Assembly: GCA_011364975.1 (NCBI GenBank)
Contig: RDOE01000045.1
Span: 1 to 27,222, forward strand
Length of the DNA stretch: 27,222 nucleotides
Reading direction: 5' to 3'
DNA from: Promethearchaeota archaeon
Lineage (GTDB): Archaea; Asgardarchaeota; Lokiarchaeia; Sigyniarchaeales; SOKP01
The position numbers and the translations under genes are program-made. Below the pieces are notes generated by a model that saw only the letters and a list, made by a program, of their open reading frames with translations, searched no databases and was not told where the DNA came from. Positions 17,839 to 27,222 of this stretch are shown in pieces (the stretch's first letter is position 1; each line of letters begins with the position of its first letter).

Positions 17839-18846
17839 ATGAAAATTTTAGATGATGAAAAATTTATCAGAAATGTGGAAAACTTAATTGATCCAAAGGA
17901 AGTTAGCCATTTGTATTTCTTCCAAACGTTCAAACGGTTTTTACCTCGCTCCCTTTTTAAAAAGCTATTAATTAAGACTTCAAAAAAGACTCCATACATG
18001 GGTTTTGTAATTGAACCTTATTGTCTGTTTTTATTTTTTAAGCTCAAAAATATCGAAAAAGCAATATCATTATTGCCGGAACGTTTTAAGTTGAAAAAGA
18101 GTAGAATTTTTGCTGATGAAGAACCAGAACACTATTTGGGAATGGGGGTTTTCAATACCCGAGCAAGTACTTTTTGGGGTTCTAGGCTAGAATCATATCT
18201 CGTTGCGGAAGATAAAGAAACCGGTCTTATCTCCTGGATTTTTATCGATATTCTGAGCAATACAATAATTGCTCTCCCTTCAGTAGGAGTTGCAGATAGA
18301 AACAGTAAAAATGCCATATATACAACTAGCTCAAAGGGAGATCTACTATTGGATTTTAAAGAAGACAAAACTGACCGACAGATAATCTTAACGGGTAATA
18401 TTACCAATGGAAAAATGCGCAAACTTGATCAACCCCTTTGGGTAATGGGAAATTCATCTATCGGTCACAGTAAAAAATTCTCAGATAATAAAAATGATGA
18501 TACGCTTGCCGTAATATTTGATCCTGCTGAGGTTGAGAAGGCTCTAGAAATTCCTATTGAGGATATTCACATAAAGTATAATACACTTTTCCCAGATTTA
18601 GCAGAGCCCGAGCTATGCAAGGCGTTATGTTTCCCCTTCGCTCAGCACTATATTGCCGACAGTCCAGGCTGTCGCACCTATATCAAAGATATTAATGACA
18701 TGATCGAGAATTATAACAAGATTGCAGATATGAAAGAAATTAAAACCTTTTCAACAAGAAATATAAAGATAATGTTATTAATGGGAATCTCTTTATTTAT
18801 GGTAATTTTTATTTCACTAGTTATTTTATTGATAATTAATCTATGA
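17839..18846 (+). CDS. Hypothetical protein, possible acetoacetate-decarboxylase-like fold, C-terminal TM anchor
   Basis: 335 aa; 'AISLLPERFKL' resembles the ADC-like N-terminal pattern; hydrophobic C-terminus; paralog of the next gene. Confidence 0.65.
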   Translation: MKILDDEKFIRNVENLIDPKEVSHLYFFQTFKRFLPRSLFKKLLIKTSKKTPYMGFVIEPYCLFLFFKLKNIEKAISLLPERFKLKKSRIFADEEPEHYLGMGVFNTRASTFWGSRLESYLVAEDKETGLISWIFIDILSNTIIALPSVGVADRNSKNAIYTTSSKGDLLLDFKEDKTDRQIILTGNITNGKMRKLDQPLWVMGNSSIGHSKKFSDNKNDDTLAVIFDPAEVEKALEIPIEDIHIKYNTLFPDLAEPELCKALCFPFAQHYIADSPGCRTYIKDINDMIENYNKIADMKEIKTFSTRNIKIMLLMGISLFMVIFISLVILLIINL

Positions 18847-18881
18847 AGATGGAATTCAAATAAAAAATAAGGATTATGTAA

Positions 18882-19886
18882 ATGAACCAAGAAGAAAACA
18901 GGAATTTTGTAAAAAAAATAGAATCTCTTGTAAAGCCTCAAGATGTAACTGCCATCAGCTTTTTAAGCAGTTTCAGTAAATCTCTTCCTAAAAAGACACA
19001 ACATAAATTTACACAGAGCGGGAAGAAAAGAATTCCTTACATGGGATTCATAGTAGAGCCCTATGGTTTATTTGTGTCATTTAAGATAACGAACGCTTCA
19101 GCAGCCCAAGAGATGCTACCCGATGGATACGAATTAGCAGAGACCTCTTTCTTTAAGAACGAAGCAAAGTTTCCCATGGTAATTGCAAGCGTATTTACCG
19201 CTCGAACATCAGGATTTATTGGTATGCGAGCCGAATTTTATATTATTGCTCACAATAAAGAAACCGGGCTGTTATCTTGGATCATTTGTGATTATGAAAC
19301 AAATACTAACAGCTATGATCCAAAGAATGGATTTTGTGGATATACTTGCGATCCAGCCGTGTATACAACCACATATTCTGGGGAGTTACTGGTTGATATT
19401 AAGAATCGCAGTAACAATAAAGAATTCATTCTATCTGTTGACTTAGAAAAAGGTGATTCAAGGGAATTAGACGAATCCCTCTGGATTGAAGGAAATTTTT
19501 GTGTCGACTATGGCGGCGAGTTAAAAAGTGATTTTTCAGAGCCTTTCAGCCTAATTTTTGACCCAAATATGCTAAAAGAAGCTATAAGTATACCTTTAGA
19601 ATATATTTCAATCAAGGCTAACTCCTATCTGAATAATATTATTGATCCTGTTAAGCCAGTAAACGCAATTACCATTCCTTATAATCAGCACTTCATTATC
19701 AGGCAAGACCTGCAAAAACATGCGGTTAAAAATCAAAAGGACTTAGATCTTCAAATAAAGTCTTTCCTTAGCAGAACTGGATTTAAAACCATGTCAGGTG
19801 ATGATATAAAAAAACCTATTTATGGAATGGTCTTAATTTCTTACATAGTACTTATCAGTATAATTGTATTATTACTAATTTTCTAA
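18882..19886 (+). CDS. Hypothetical protein, tandem paralog of 17839-18846, C-terminal TM anchor
   Basis: Shares PYMGF..EPY.LF, F..R.S.F.G.R.E.Y, KETGL.SWI, LW..GN, IFDP and P..QH with the upstream gene. Confidence 0.65.
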   Translation: MNQEENRNFVKKIESLVKPQDVTAISFLSSFSKSLPKKTQHKFTQSGKKRIPYMGFIVEPYGLFVSFKITNASAAQEMLPDGYELAETSFFKNEAKFPMVIASVFTARTSGFIGMRAEFYIIAHNKETGLLSWIICDYETNTNSYDPKNGFCGYTCDPAVYTTTYSGELLVDIKNRSNNKEFILSVDLEKGDSRELDESLWIEGNFCVDYGGELKSDFSEPFSLIFDPNMLKEAISIPLEYISIKANSYLNNIIDPVKPVNAITIPYNQHFIIRQDLQKHAVKNQKDLDLQIKSFLSRTGFKTMSGDDIKKPIYGMVLISYIVLISIIVLLLIF

Positions 19887-19918
19887 TAAGACTCTATCTA
19901 TAAGTTTGGGTAAAGCTC

Positions 19919-21520
19919 TCATTTTTTATTTTTCATTACATTCTTGGCAGCTGCCAATCCTGTAAGGATCGCAATGGGTACTCCAGAAGGACTATATGAC
20001 CACTGACCAGCTTGAAGTATATTTGGAATAGGAGTTTTCACTGATTTAGTCATATTAAGAATATCTTGAACCACAGGGATGGGATTTTCAAACGTCCAAC
20101 CTGTTATTGCTCCTTCAGAACTTCCTACTCTGTTTGAAATGCTGATCGGTGTTAAAGAGAAACGAAAAAGAATCTTATCCTTAATTCTCGGATATACGGA
20201 TTTTGATAAAATCTCTACCATGCGATTCTCGACTTCTATTTTGAATTCTTCATACCATCCTCCCTCTTGGACTTTTTTCATGAGATCGTATTCAAATAGA
20301 ATGCTCACTATTAATCCAGTCTTTTCTTTTGGAGATAAGGTGGGATCTCTAAGCCCTGGAATGGAAATCTCATAGGTATTCAGTTGGCAATACTCGTCTA
20401 ACCAATTCATAATGGCTTCTTTGGGAGTTGTTTCGAAATTCTTAATGATTGTTTTTAATGTAGTCCAAGTTGATTCTCCTAAACCTTTTTTTGATGGAGT
20501 ATAAAAAAAATGACCGTTCGAAATCGATTGAAATTTCTCGAGGGGTTCGTCTATCCCTAGGAATAAAGAAAAGACTGAATCTCCGCCTCGATTTGATAGT
20601 AACTTATCTTTTTGAATTGATATCTTGCGAGAAACTTTTTCCTCTAAATCACGGAATTTAAGAAATCGATATAAAGATTTCAAATCCGCGCACCAAATAA
20701 GCTTTTCATAGGAAAATGTGTTTCCATCGATATCAGCTAACTTGTTTTCAGAAGGAATGATCTCGTGTATTTCTGTACCATATAAAATTGATCCTCCCCA
20801 GTTAATGATTTTTTGTACGATTGCTTCGGGAATTTTTCTTGTACCGCCCTTTGGATAAAAATAATCAAGGTAAGTGTGAAAATATCCTAAGGCAAAAAAA
20901 GTAGGCGTGCTCTTGAAGAAATGTTGTGTCATAATATCGACAAGTGATTGGTTTGAAGTCATTTTTTTTAGAGTATCTTCAACAGGATCCTTCCTTCGAT
21001 TTATCCGGCGATTAGCAAGAAGGAACTTGCCTAAATACGGAAAAAGTTCCTTAAAAAGATAACCTATATCTTTTTTCATGTCTTTGAAAATTGGATTATC
21101 AATCTCGTTTAGAATGACCATGTCTTTCAAGATGTTTTTGATTAATAAGAAAATTGCGGCAATCTCCTCCTTGTTATCGGGATATAATTTTTCTAATAGG
21201 GACTGATATTCATATATACTTTCGTTTGAGGTGAAGTGTAAAATTTTATCCTCAATACCAATCGAAACCGGACTTTTAAGTAGTTCAAGTGAAATTTCAA
21301 GGTCATTTAACAAGGGTCGCACAGCTCCTGAATTTTCAATGGACCTCGGGCCAGTATCAAAAACAAAACCATCTTTTTGGATTGAACCTAGCAAGCCACC
21401 ACAAGTTTCGTTCTTTTCAATTAAAAGAACATCATGTCCCGCCCTTGATAAATAGGCCGTAGCGGTTAAACCTGCCATCCCTGCTCCTACAATGATAAAC
21501 TCATGACTTGTAGTCGTCAT
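19919..21520 (-). CDS. Phytoene desaturase family NAD(P)/FAD-dependent oxidoreductase
   Basis: GAGMAGL..EKN...GG..FDTGP, 'YPKGG', 'EGAITGW', 'AGQW..PSGVP'. ATG 21520 overlaps the upstream TGA (ATGA), so it is preferred over the track start at 21553. Confidence 0.85.
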   Translation of the reverse strand: MTTTSHEFIIVGAGMAGLTATAYLSRAGHDVLLIEKNETCGGLLGSIQKDGFVFDTGPRSIENSGAVRPLLNDLEISLELLKSPVSIGIEDKILHFTSNESIYEYQSLLEKLYPDNKEEIAAIFLLIKNILKDMVILNEIDNPIFKDMKKDIGYLFKELFPYLGKFLLANRRINRRKDPVEDTLKKMTSNQSLVDIMTQHFFKSTPTFFALGYFHTYLDYFYPKGGTRKIPEAIVQKIINWGGSILYGTEIHEIIPSENKLADIDGNTFSYEKLIWCADLKSLYRFLKFRDLEEKVSRKISIQKDKLLSNRGGDSVFSLFLGIDEPLEKFQSISNGHFFYTPSKKGLGESTWTTLKTIIKNFETTPKEAIMNWLDEYCQLNTYEISIPGLRDPTLSPKEKTGLIVSILFEYDLMKKVQEGGWYEEFKIEVENRMVEILSKSVYPRIKDKILFRFSLTPISISNRVGSSEGAITGWTFENPIPVVQDILNMTKSVKTPIPNILQAGQWSYSPSGVPIAILTGLAAAKNVMKNKK

Positions 21521-22452
21521 GCTAACTCGCCTAATTTTATACTTAAATCCCATAACTCTTCTGCGAGCTCTCGATCCAAGGCGGGAGGTGCGGGCTCTTC
21601 TTCATAAGTAAGGTTGAAAAACTTACCACTCACGCCCTCAATATCCTTAGAAACTCCAATATAGTATAAGGATTTAGCGGATATCTCTATCGGTCTGTAA
21701 GAGCGTTTGATGATGACCCTCTTGAAGAATCCAGGATTTTCTTCTCCCATGTTGGTTCTTACATTACCGGGATGCACTGCATTAATCGTCACGCCACTAT
21801 CTTGGAAGTAATCATTAAATTTGATCATTGTTAGAAGTTGGGCAGTTTTTGCCGATCCATAGCTTTTGAGTCCCGAATAGTGGCGCTTCTCCCAGGTGAG
21901 ATCGTCTAATTTCAAACCAAGAATAGCAAAACGGTGGCCCTCAGAATTTACTAATATAATCCTGCATTTTTGCTGAGCTTTAAGTTTATCCTTTAAAATA
22001 TAATTTAAGATAAAAGAGCCGAGATGATCCACTTGAAAAACCATCTCAAGACCATCGTCAGAGATTGTTTTCTCGGGTAAATAGACACCTGCGTTATGAA
22101 TGAAGACATCAATATTCAGATCGGAATTTACGAGTTCTTCGCCAACTTTCTTGACCTCAGAAATGTGCGCAAAATCCGCAAGCATGAAATCACATTCTAC
22201 ACCAAAATCTCGGTGAATTTCTTCACAGAGATTAAGCGTTTTTTCTTCATTTCGATTAATTACTAGCAGATTAGCTCCATGTGAAGCATATTCTCGTGCA
22301 GTTACATATCCGATTCCTGATGTGGCGCCAGTTATAGCCACTAAACGCCCATTAAAATCATCTTGACATTCCAATGGCTCTGCTTTATTACTTATTAAGG
22401 CAATGCTTCGCAATAATGTAGATATCTTATACTGTTTCAAGTATTTATTCAA
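21517..22452 (-). CDS. Short-chain dehydrogenase/reductase (retinol dehydrogenase/WWOX-like)
   Basis: TGATSGIG, HNAG, YGSAK and 'INAVHPGNVRT'. Confidence 0.9.
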   Translation of the reverse strand: MNKYLKQYKISTLLRSIALISNKAEPLECQDDFNGRLVAITGATSGIGYVTAREYASHGANLLVINRNEEKTLNLCEEIHRDFGVECDFMLADFAHISEVKKVGEELVNSDLNIDVFIHNAGVYLPEKTISDDGLEMVFQVDHLGSFILNYILKDKLKAQQKCRIILVNSEGHRFAILGLKLDDLTWEKRHYSGLKSYGSAKTAQLLTMIKFNDYFQDSGVTINAVHPGNVRTNMGEENPGFFKRVIIKRSYRPIEISAKSLYYIGVSKDIEGVSGKFFNLTYEEEPAPPALDRELAEELWDLSIKLGELA

Positions 22453-22457
22453 TTAAT

Positions 22458-22898
22458 TCACCCGAACATTTTCCTCATGAACTTTCGATACCCTTTGGCT
22501 AAAAATGGAATGTTATCAATGATATCACCCCAGAGATCATAATAATCTCTTTGATCTGTGATTTTTCCATTATCATTCAATGTCAGACGACTTACCCCGA
22601 ATAACTTCGAATTAGGAGATCTCTTAAAACTTAACCCGATCTCCCATTCAATAAAAATGATGTTCCCTTCAAAAAGAATGTTGACTATTTTCATTCTTAA
22701 ATCTTTAGATCGCTCAACTAATCGTACAGTCATTGCTTTAAATTCTTTTATACCTCGGATTTCTTGAACAGAATCGCGAAAATATATCTTATCATCATAA
22801 TATGGGAGGATATGCGACCAATCAGGCTTGCCTTCAGCTTTGTAAATACTAGTCCATAATTCGACAAATTGTTCTTTACTTTCAATTCTAAAACTCAT
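22458..22898 (-). CDS. NTF2/SnoaL-like protein
   Basis: 146 aa; 'YYDDKIYFRDSVQEIRG' and 'GVSRLTLNDNGKITDQRDYYD'. Confidence 0.85.
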   Translation of the reverse strand: MSFRIESKEQFVELWTSIYKAEGKPDWSHILPYYDDKIYFRDSVQEIRGIKEFKAMTVRLVERSKDLRMKIVNILFEGNIIFIEWEIGLSFKRSPNSKLFGVSRLTLNDNGKITDQRDYYDLWGDIIDNIPFLAKGYRKFMRKMFG

Positions 22899-23385
22899 GA
22901 ATATTTTCCCAAGTTTATTTTTTTACAGTAATCTCTAATATAAGATAAAAATTTAAAGTTTAAATAAAATTCATTAATAATTTTTAAATCATAGATTTTA
23001 CTAAAGTATTTTTTATCTTCAACTTTGTTTCCATTCTTAACTGGGTATATTAATTGGTTAATTGGAGGACCTATTCTTCCCTATACCTTTTATGTATATT
23101 TAGGTAATTTCTTAATACCCATATCATTTACTGGATCGTCTCTTGTATATCTATCTTTATCCTCGTTTTCGATAAAATAGAAAAAGATAACAATTTCGCT
23201 TATAATAATTTATGCCATATTATTTAAGATTTTCTCGTCTATTTTCTATTCATTTTGCCAGTTGCTTCAGAAATGGAAATGATAGAAATTCTCAATGAAA
23301 AATCCTTTCAAATATTTTTATTCTTTTATTAAATCCACTTTCTTGATATTAATCAAAATTAAAAAAAATAGGAAAATTAAATAAA

Positions 23386-23838
23386 TCAATTCTGCAAAAA
23401 GTGTATTAAAAAAGCAATGAACAAGGCAATTATCATCGTTGTGATCATGATGCCTAATCCTATAGAATAACCTTTTGGTTCTATTTGGTTTTCTTTATCC
23501 ATTTTTCTTATTAGAGGAAATAATTTCCAATAAAATGTTGCTATGGAAATTATCAACGCGATAATTGAAATACTCTGGGTTATCGGATCTCCAAATATTA
23601 TAATCACGATAATTAATAAGATAAATATTATTTTGGTTCCTGCAACCCAGAACACCAAATATTTCACAAAATCATGAATTTCAGAGTCATTCTTAGATTT
23701 TTCCCATGCTTTAAACACTCCAACAGCATTCGATTTCTTTGATCCTGGTTTAAAATAGAGGGTAATTACATTTAGAATTTCCATCCCTAAAAAAAAAACG
23801 AGAATAATTGTCGTCACAAGATTCATTTCATAAACCAA
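23386..23838 (-). CDS. Hypothetical membrane protein (about 4 TM helices)
   Basis: 150 aa with four hydrophobic segments; the true start may be the ATG at 23826. Confidence 0.7.
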   Translation of the reverse strand: MVYEMNLVTTIILVFFLGMEILNVITLYFKPGSKKSNAVGVFKAWEKSKNDSEIHDFVKYLVFWVAGTKIIFILLIIVIIIFGDPITQSISIIALIISIATFYWKLFPLIRKMDKENQIEPKGYSIGLGIMITTMIIALFIAFLIHFLQN

Positions 23839-24126
23839 TTATGGTGTTTTTGAATTGTTTAAGTTAAATTTTACTTAATAATATTGCCACTTGAATATTA
23901 TTTTCTGTCATAATAACGCACGAGACCTTGTGTTGGATAAAAAAGTTACCAAAGAGAATACTATTTGTTAAAAAATAGCATCTTAATATAAATAAAGCCC
24001 ATAAATTTCGTTTATTTCTTTTTCAATAATTTTAGAAAAATTTTTAGAATTCTTACAAATAGGTCCAAATGCAAGATATCGATCAACAATTTAATCGATT
24101 ATTTAGAGAATTACACATTTGCTGAA

Positions 24127-24175
24127 TTTTCTATGATCAAAAAAAGTAGAACGACACTTTTTCTATGATCAAAAA
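24127..24175 (+). repeat. 17-bp perfect direct repeat TTTTCTATGATCAAAAA x2 (32-bp period)
   Basis: Copies at 24127-24143 and 24159-24175, just upstream of a TATA-like box. Confidence 0.8.
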
Positions 24176-24186
24176 TGTGCATAAGG

Positions 24187-24194
24187 TTTATATA
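24187..24194 (+). promoter_or_regulatory. Putative archaeal TATA box for the third hdrA
   Basis: TTTATATA about 90 nt upstream of ATG 24282. Confidence 0.45.
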
Positions 24195-24281
24195 AGAAAT
24201 TATCCTTAATTTATGTTTAGGAGATATTTTCTTGACTGATATGTTAAGGAAATTTTCTTATTTTTGTGAGGCATTAAAAAT

Positions 24282-27032
24282 ATGGAAGCTTCAGTTTTAA
24301 TTATTGGTGGAGGCATTGCGGGAATTCAAAGCTCTTTAGACTTAACAGAACTAGGTTTTAAAGTATACTTAGTTGAGAAGGAGCCTTCTATAGGGGGTCA
24401 TATGGCTCAACTTGATAAATTGTTCCCCTCTAATGATTGTAGTTTGTGTGTTCTAGCCCCAAGAATGGTAGCGGTTTATAAAAATCCTAATATTCAGTTA
24501 TTCACATTATCTGAAGTTGAGGACATAACGGGTGAGTCGGGCAACTTCGAAGTTGTTATTCTTAAAAGACCACGTTATATTGATGAGTCTAAGTGTAAGG
24601 GTTGCGGTGATTGTGCTGCAAAATGCCCGAAAATAGAGGCACCCAATCCTTTTGATATGAATCTAGGAAAAAGAAAATCAATATACATGCCGTTCCCTCA
24701 AGCAACTCCTCCAGTGTATTTAATAGATCCTGAATTATGTTTATATTTAAATAGAGGCGTGTGTGGTGTCTGTCAGAAGGTCTGTAAAGGTGAAGCAATC
24801 GATTTTGAACAAAAAGAAGAAAAATTAAAACTTAAAGTAGGCGCTATAGTGGTTGCAACTGGTTTTGATATGCTAGCCGCAGAATTATCAGAAAAATGGG
24901 GTTATGGGTATAAAAACGTTCTAAATGGCTTAGAATACGAGCGATTATTGTGTCCTACAGGACCCTTTGGAGGAAATATATTAAGACCTAGCGATGAGGA
25001 AGTACCTCAAAAAATAGCTTTCATTCAGTGTGCTGATTCGGAATATGAAAAGAAACACCTCTCTTATTGTTCTCGAGTTTGTTGCATGTATACAGCTAAG
25101 AATGCTATCCTTACTAAACAATATTCAAATGATATTGAAGTATCAGTATTTAGGCATAATATTAGAGTTTTTGGGAAGAATTTTTACGAATACACTAAAC
25201 AAGCACAAGAAGAATATGGTATAGCATATCATCACGCAGATATCAAGATGATTAAAGAAAATTCTAGTACAAACAATTTGATAATTCAATATAACGATTT
25301 AAAAACTGGGGAAGATAAGGAATATGAAGCAAATATGGTAGTTTTAGCGGCACCCCTAGTGTCCTCAAAAGGAACAGATAAATTAGCCAAGTTATTAAAA
25401 ATCGAATTAGATAAATACCAATTTTTCCAATCTAAATCTTATTTTGACAAATCACTTACTTCTAGAGAGGGAGTGTTTTTGTGCGGTTTTAGCCAAGGCC
25501 CTATGAATATTGCTGAAACAGTTAGCCATGCGAGTGGAGTAGCTGGGCAAGTAGCTATTATGTTGAATGATGTGAGGTATAAAGGCTATGCCGAGAGAGA
25601 AGTTGGACTATTGTCAGAAGAAGAAATAATTAAGATCACACCAAGAGCGTTAATTATAGGGGGTGGAATATCAGGAATGACAGCTACGCTTGACATTGCT
25701 TCTCAAGGATTCGAAACAATTTTAATTGAACGAGACAATAAATTAGGAGGTAATTTGAATCATATTAATATCCTTTCTCCTACTGGAATGAACGCTAGTG
25801 AGTTCTTAACTTCAATAATAAAAAGAATAAGGGATAATAAAAACATTAAAACTCATTTAAATTCTCAAATTATTAAAGTGGAAGGTTCAATAGGCAATTA
25901 CAGAGTTAAATTCATACAAAAAGATAACCGAATTCACGAAGAAATTGTTGGAGTTATAATTGTTGCCACCGGAAGTCAAGAATTCAAACCTTTTGGACAA
26001 TTTCAATATATAGACAAAAACTCTAATGTTATTACACTTTTAGAATTAGAGAAAAAATTAAAAGAAGAAGGAGACTCTTGGCTTAAGCGGATACGCCATA
26101 TTACCATTATTTTATGCGTTAAATCAAGACAAAAAGATGGTTTTTCTTATTGTTCAAATGTATGCTGTAATAATGCCATAAAAAACATTAAAATCCTAAA
26201 AGAATTAAATCCTAAAATTGAAGTTTTAGTTCTATTTAGGGACATTCACCAAGCTAAAAAAGAATTTGAAGAAATTTTTAGCCAGAAGGACGATCTCGCT
26301 AAATTTTTGCGATATGATTTAGAAAACATCCCTGAAATTGTTAAAATAGATGAGAATATCGAGAGATACAAGATCCGTTTAAAGGACGATCTAGATCGAC
26401 ACAAGGAATTAGTATTTAGCACCGATCTAATCGTCTTATCTGCCCCTATGGTTCCTCCAGAAGGTATACAACAGTTATCTGAGATCCTTAATGTCCCAGT
26501 AGATCCGAATGGGTTTTTTATAGAAGCTCATAATAAACTACGACCCTTGGAGTTTTCAGATCAAGGAATATTCATATGCGGAAGTGCTCAGTGGCCAAAA
26601 AATATACAAGATTCAATATCTCAAGCAAATGGTGCAGCGGGACGAGCCAGTAGATTTCTAAATGTAAAAAGAATTTCAGCTACTAAACTGAAATTCCTTT
26701 CCTTTTTATTATCAATTCAATGCTACTTTAAGGATATGCTTGTGAATGAAGATAAATGTAATGGTTGTGGTCAGTGCGTTGATTTATGCCAATTTAAAGC
26801 GATCACTCTTTTAGAAGTAAAACAAAATTACGAAGATGTAAGTGTAATCACAAAAAAAGCTCATATAAATCCTGCGATTTGCAAGGGTTGCGGAAAATGC
26901 TCCAGCAATTGTCGACTTAAGGCAATAAACGCAAGACATTACGACTTTAAACAGATTTCATCTATTATAGACCCTTATTTCCTTGAAAAAACAAAAAGCA
27001 AGGAAGAAGAAAAAGCATTACTAATAAGCTAA
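24282..27032 (+). CDS. hdrA: HdrA-like double-module paralog lacking the central Cys-rich domain (916 aa)
   Basis: Colinear with 14184-17270 (MEASVLIIGGGIAG, CKGCGDCAAKCP, YCSRVCC, second GGGISG, QWPKNIQDSISQA) but has no CHCG..CTPRTHE domain. Confidence 0.85.
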   Translation: MEASVLIIGGGIAGIQSSLDLTELGFKVYLVEKEPSIGGHMAQLDKLFPSNDCSLCVLAPRMVAVYKNPNIQLFTLSEVEDITGESGNFEVVILKRPRYIDESKCKGCGDCAAKCPKIEAPNPFDMNLGKRKSIYMPFPQATPPVYLIDPELCLYLNRGVCGVCQKVCKGEAIDFEQKEEKLKLKVGAIVVATGFDMLAAELSEKWGYGYKNVLNGLEYERLLCPTGPFGGNILRPSDEEVPQKIAFIQCADSEYEKKHLSYCSRVCCMYTAKNAILTKQYSNDIEVSVFRHNIRVFGKNFYEYTKQAQEEYGIAYHHADIKMIKENSSTNNLIIQYNDLKTGEDKEYEANMVVLAAPLVSSKGTDKLAKLLKIELDKYQFFQSKSYFDKSLTSREGVFLCGFSQGPMNIAETVSHASGVAGQVAIMLNDVRYKGYAEREVGLLSEEEIIKITPRALIIGGGISGMTATLDIASQGFETILIERDNKLGGNLNHINILSPTGMNASEFLTSIIKRIRDNKNIKTHLNSQIIKVEGSIGNYRVKFIQKDNRIHEEIVGVIIVATGSQEFKPFGQFQYIDKNSNVITLLELEKKLKEEGDSWLKRIRHITIILCVKSRQKDGFSYCSNVCCNNAIKNIKILKELNPKIEVLVLFRDIHQAKKEFEEIFSQKDDLAKFLRYDLENIPEIVKIDENIERYKIRLKDDLDRHKELVFSTDLIVLSAPMVPPEGIQQLSEILNVPVDPNGFFIEAHNKLRPLEFSDQGIFICGSAQWPKNIQDSISQANGAAGRASRFLNVKRISATKLKFLSFLLSIQCYFKDMLVNEDKCNGCGQCVDLCQFKAITLLEVKQNYEDVSVITKKAHINPAICKGCGKCSSNCRLKAINARHYDFKQISSIIDPYFLEKTKSKEEEKALLIS

Positions 27033-27222
27033 ATAAAAATTAATCTATTACATTTTCTTTTTATTTACTACAATATGGGTTTGATTACTCATTTGAGTAA
27101 GAAAAAAGGTATTGTAAAATCTTTTGGATTTTGCACATAGGATTTCCCAGCATTTTGGTTACATTTGTTTGAAGGACCAATTGATTTCATATCTTTTTGT
27201 TATGATAAATGTTAAAATATAT

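Noticed and set aside
22975-23210. Short minus-strand open stretches, possibly a gene remnant
   Set aside because: No convincing start or recognisable homology.
24127-24175. Direct repeat as a mini-CRISPR
   Set aside because: Only two 17-bp copies with a 15-bp spacer and no cas genes.
1589-25224. Short antisense or alternative-frame ORFs in the track (e.g. 3050-3325, 11022-11345, 11667-12080, 18132-18422, 20079-20375)
   Set aside because: They overlap well-supported genes and have no recognisable motifs (shadow ORFs).
27089-27190. 33-codon minus-strand ORF at the window end
   Set aside because: Short, with no motif support.

Overview
AT-rich archaeal window; the selenoprotein set and SECIS type suggest an Asgard/Lokiarchaeia-like genome (inference). 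The core is a ~10 kb + strand redox cluster (7749-17729): hdrA, mvhD/vhuD, two FrhB/FdhB-family genes, an HdrD-like (HdrC+HdrB type) gene, a double-module hdrA and a second mvhD. The ORF track breaks the first two genes into pieces. Read by hand, they are intact selenoprotein genes. hdrA (7749-9692) has 4 in-frame UGA and vhuD (9699-10154) has 2, and each UGA sits where the paralogs in this window have Cys. One eukaryote-style SECIS hairpin (AUGA...GA core, 10151-10186) follows, and its AUGA contains the vhuD stop codon. The HdrD-like gene needs a non-canonical start (probably ATA at 12913). A third, domain-deleted hdrA lies at 24282-27032, downstream of a 17-bp direct repeat. Flanking genes encode a family-5 ABC solute-binding protein, a HEAT-repeat protein, a divergent HTH regulator/extended SDR pair with a perfect 16-bp palindrome between them, two tandem paralog pairs, and an NTF2/SDR/phytoene-desaturase-like operon. 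No rRNA, tRNA, CRISPR array or mobile element was seen.
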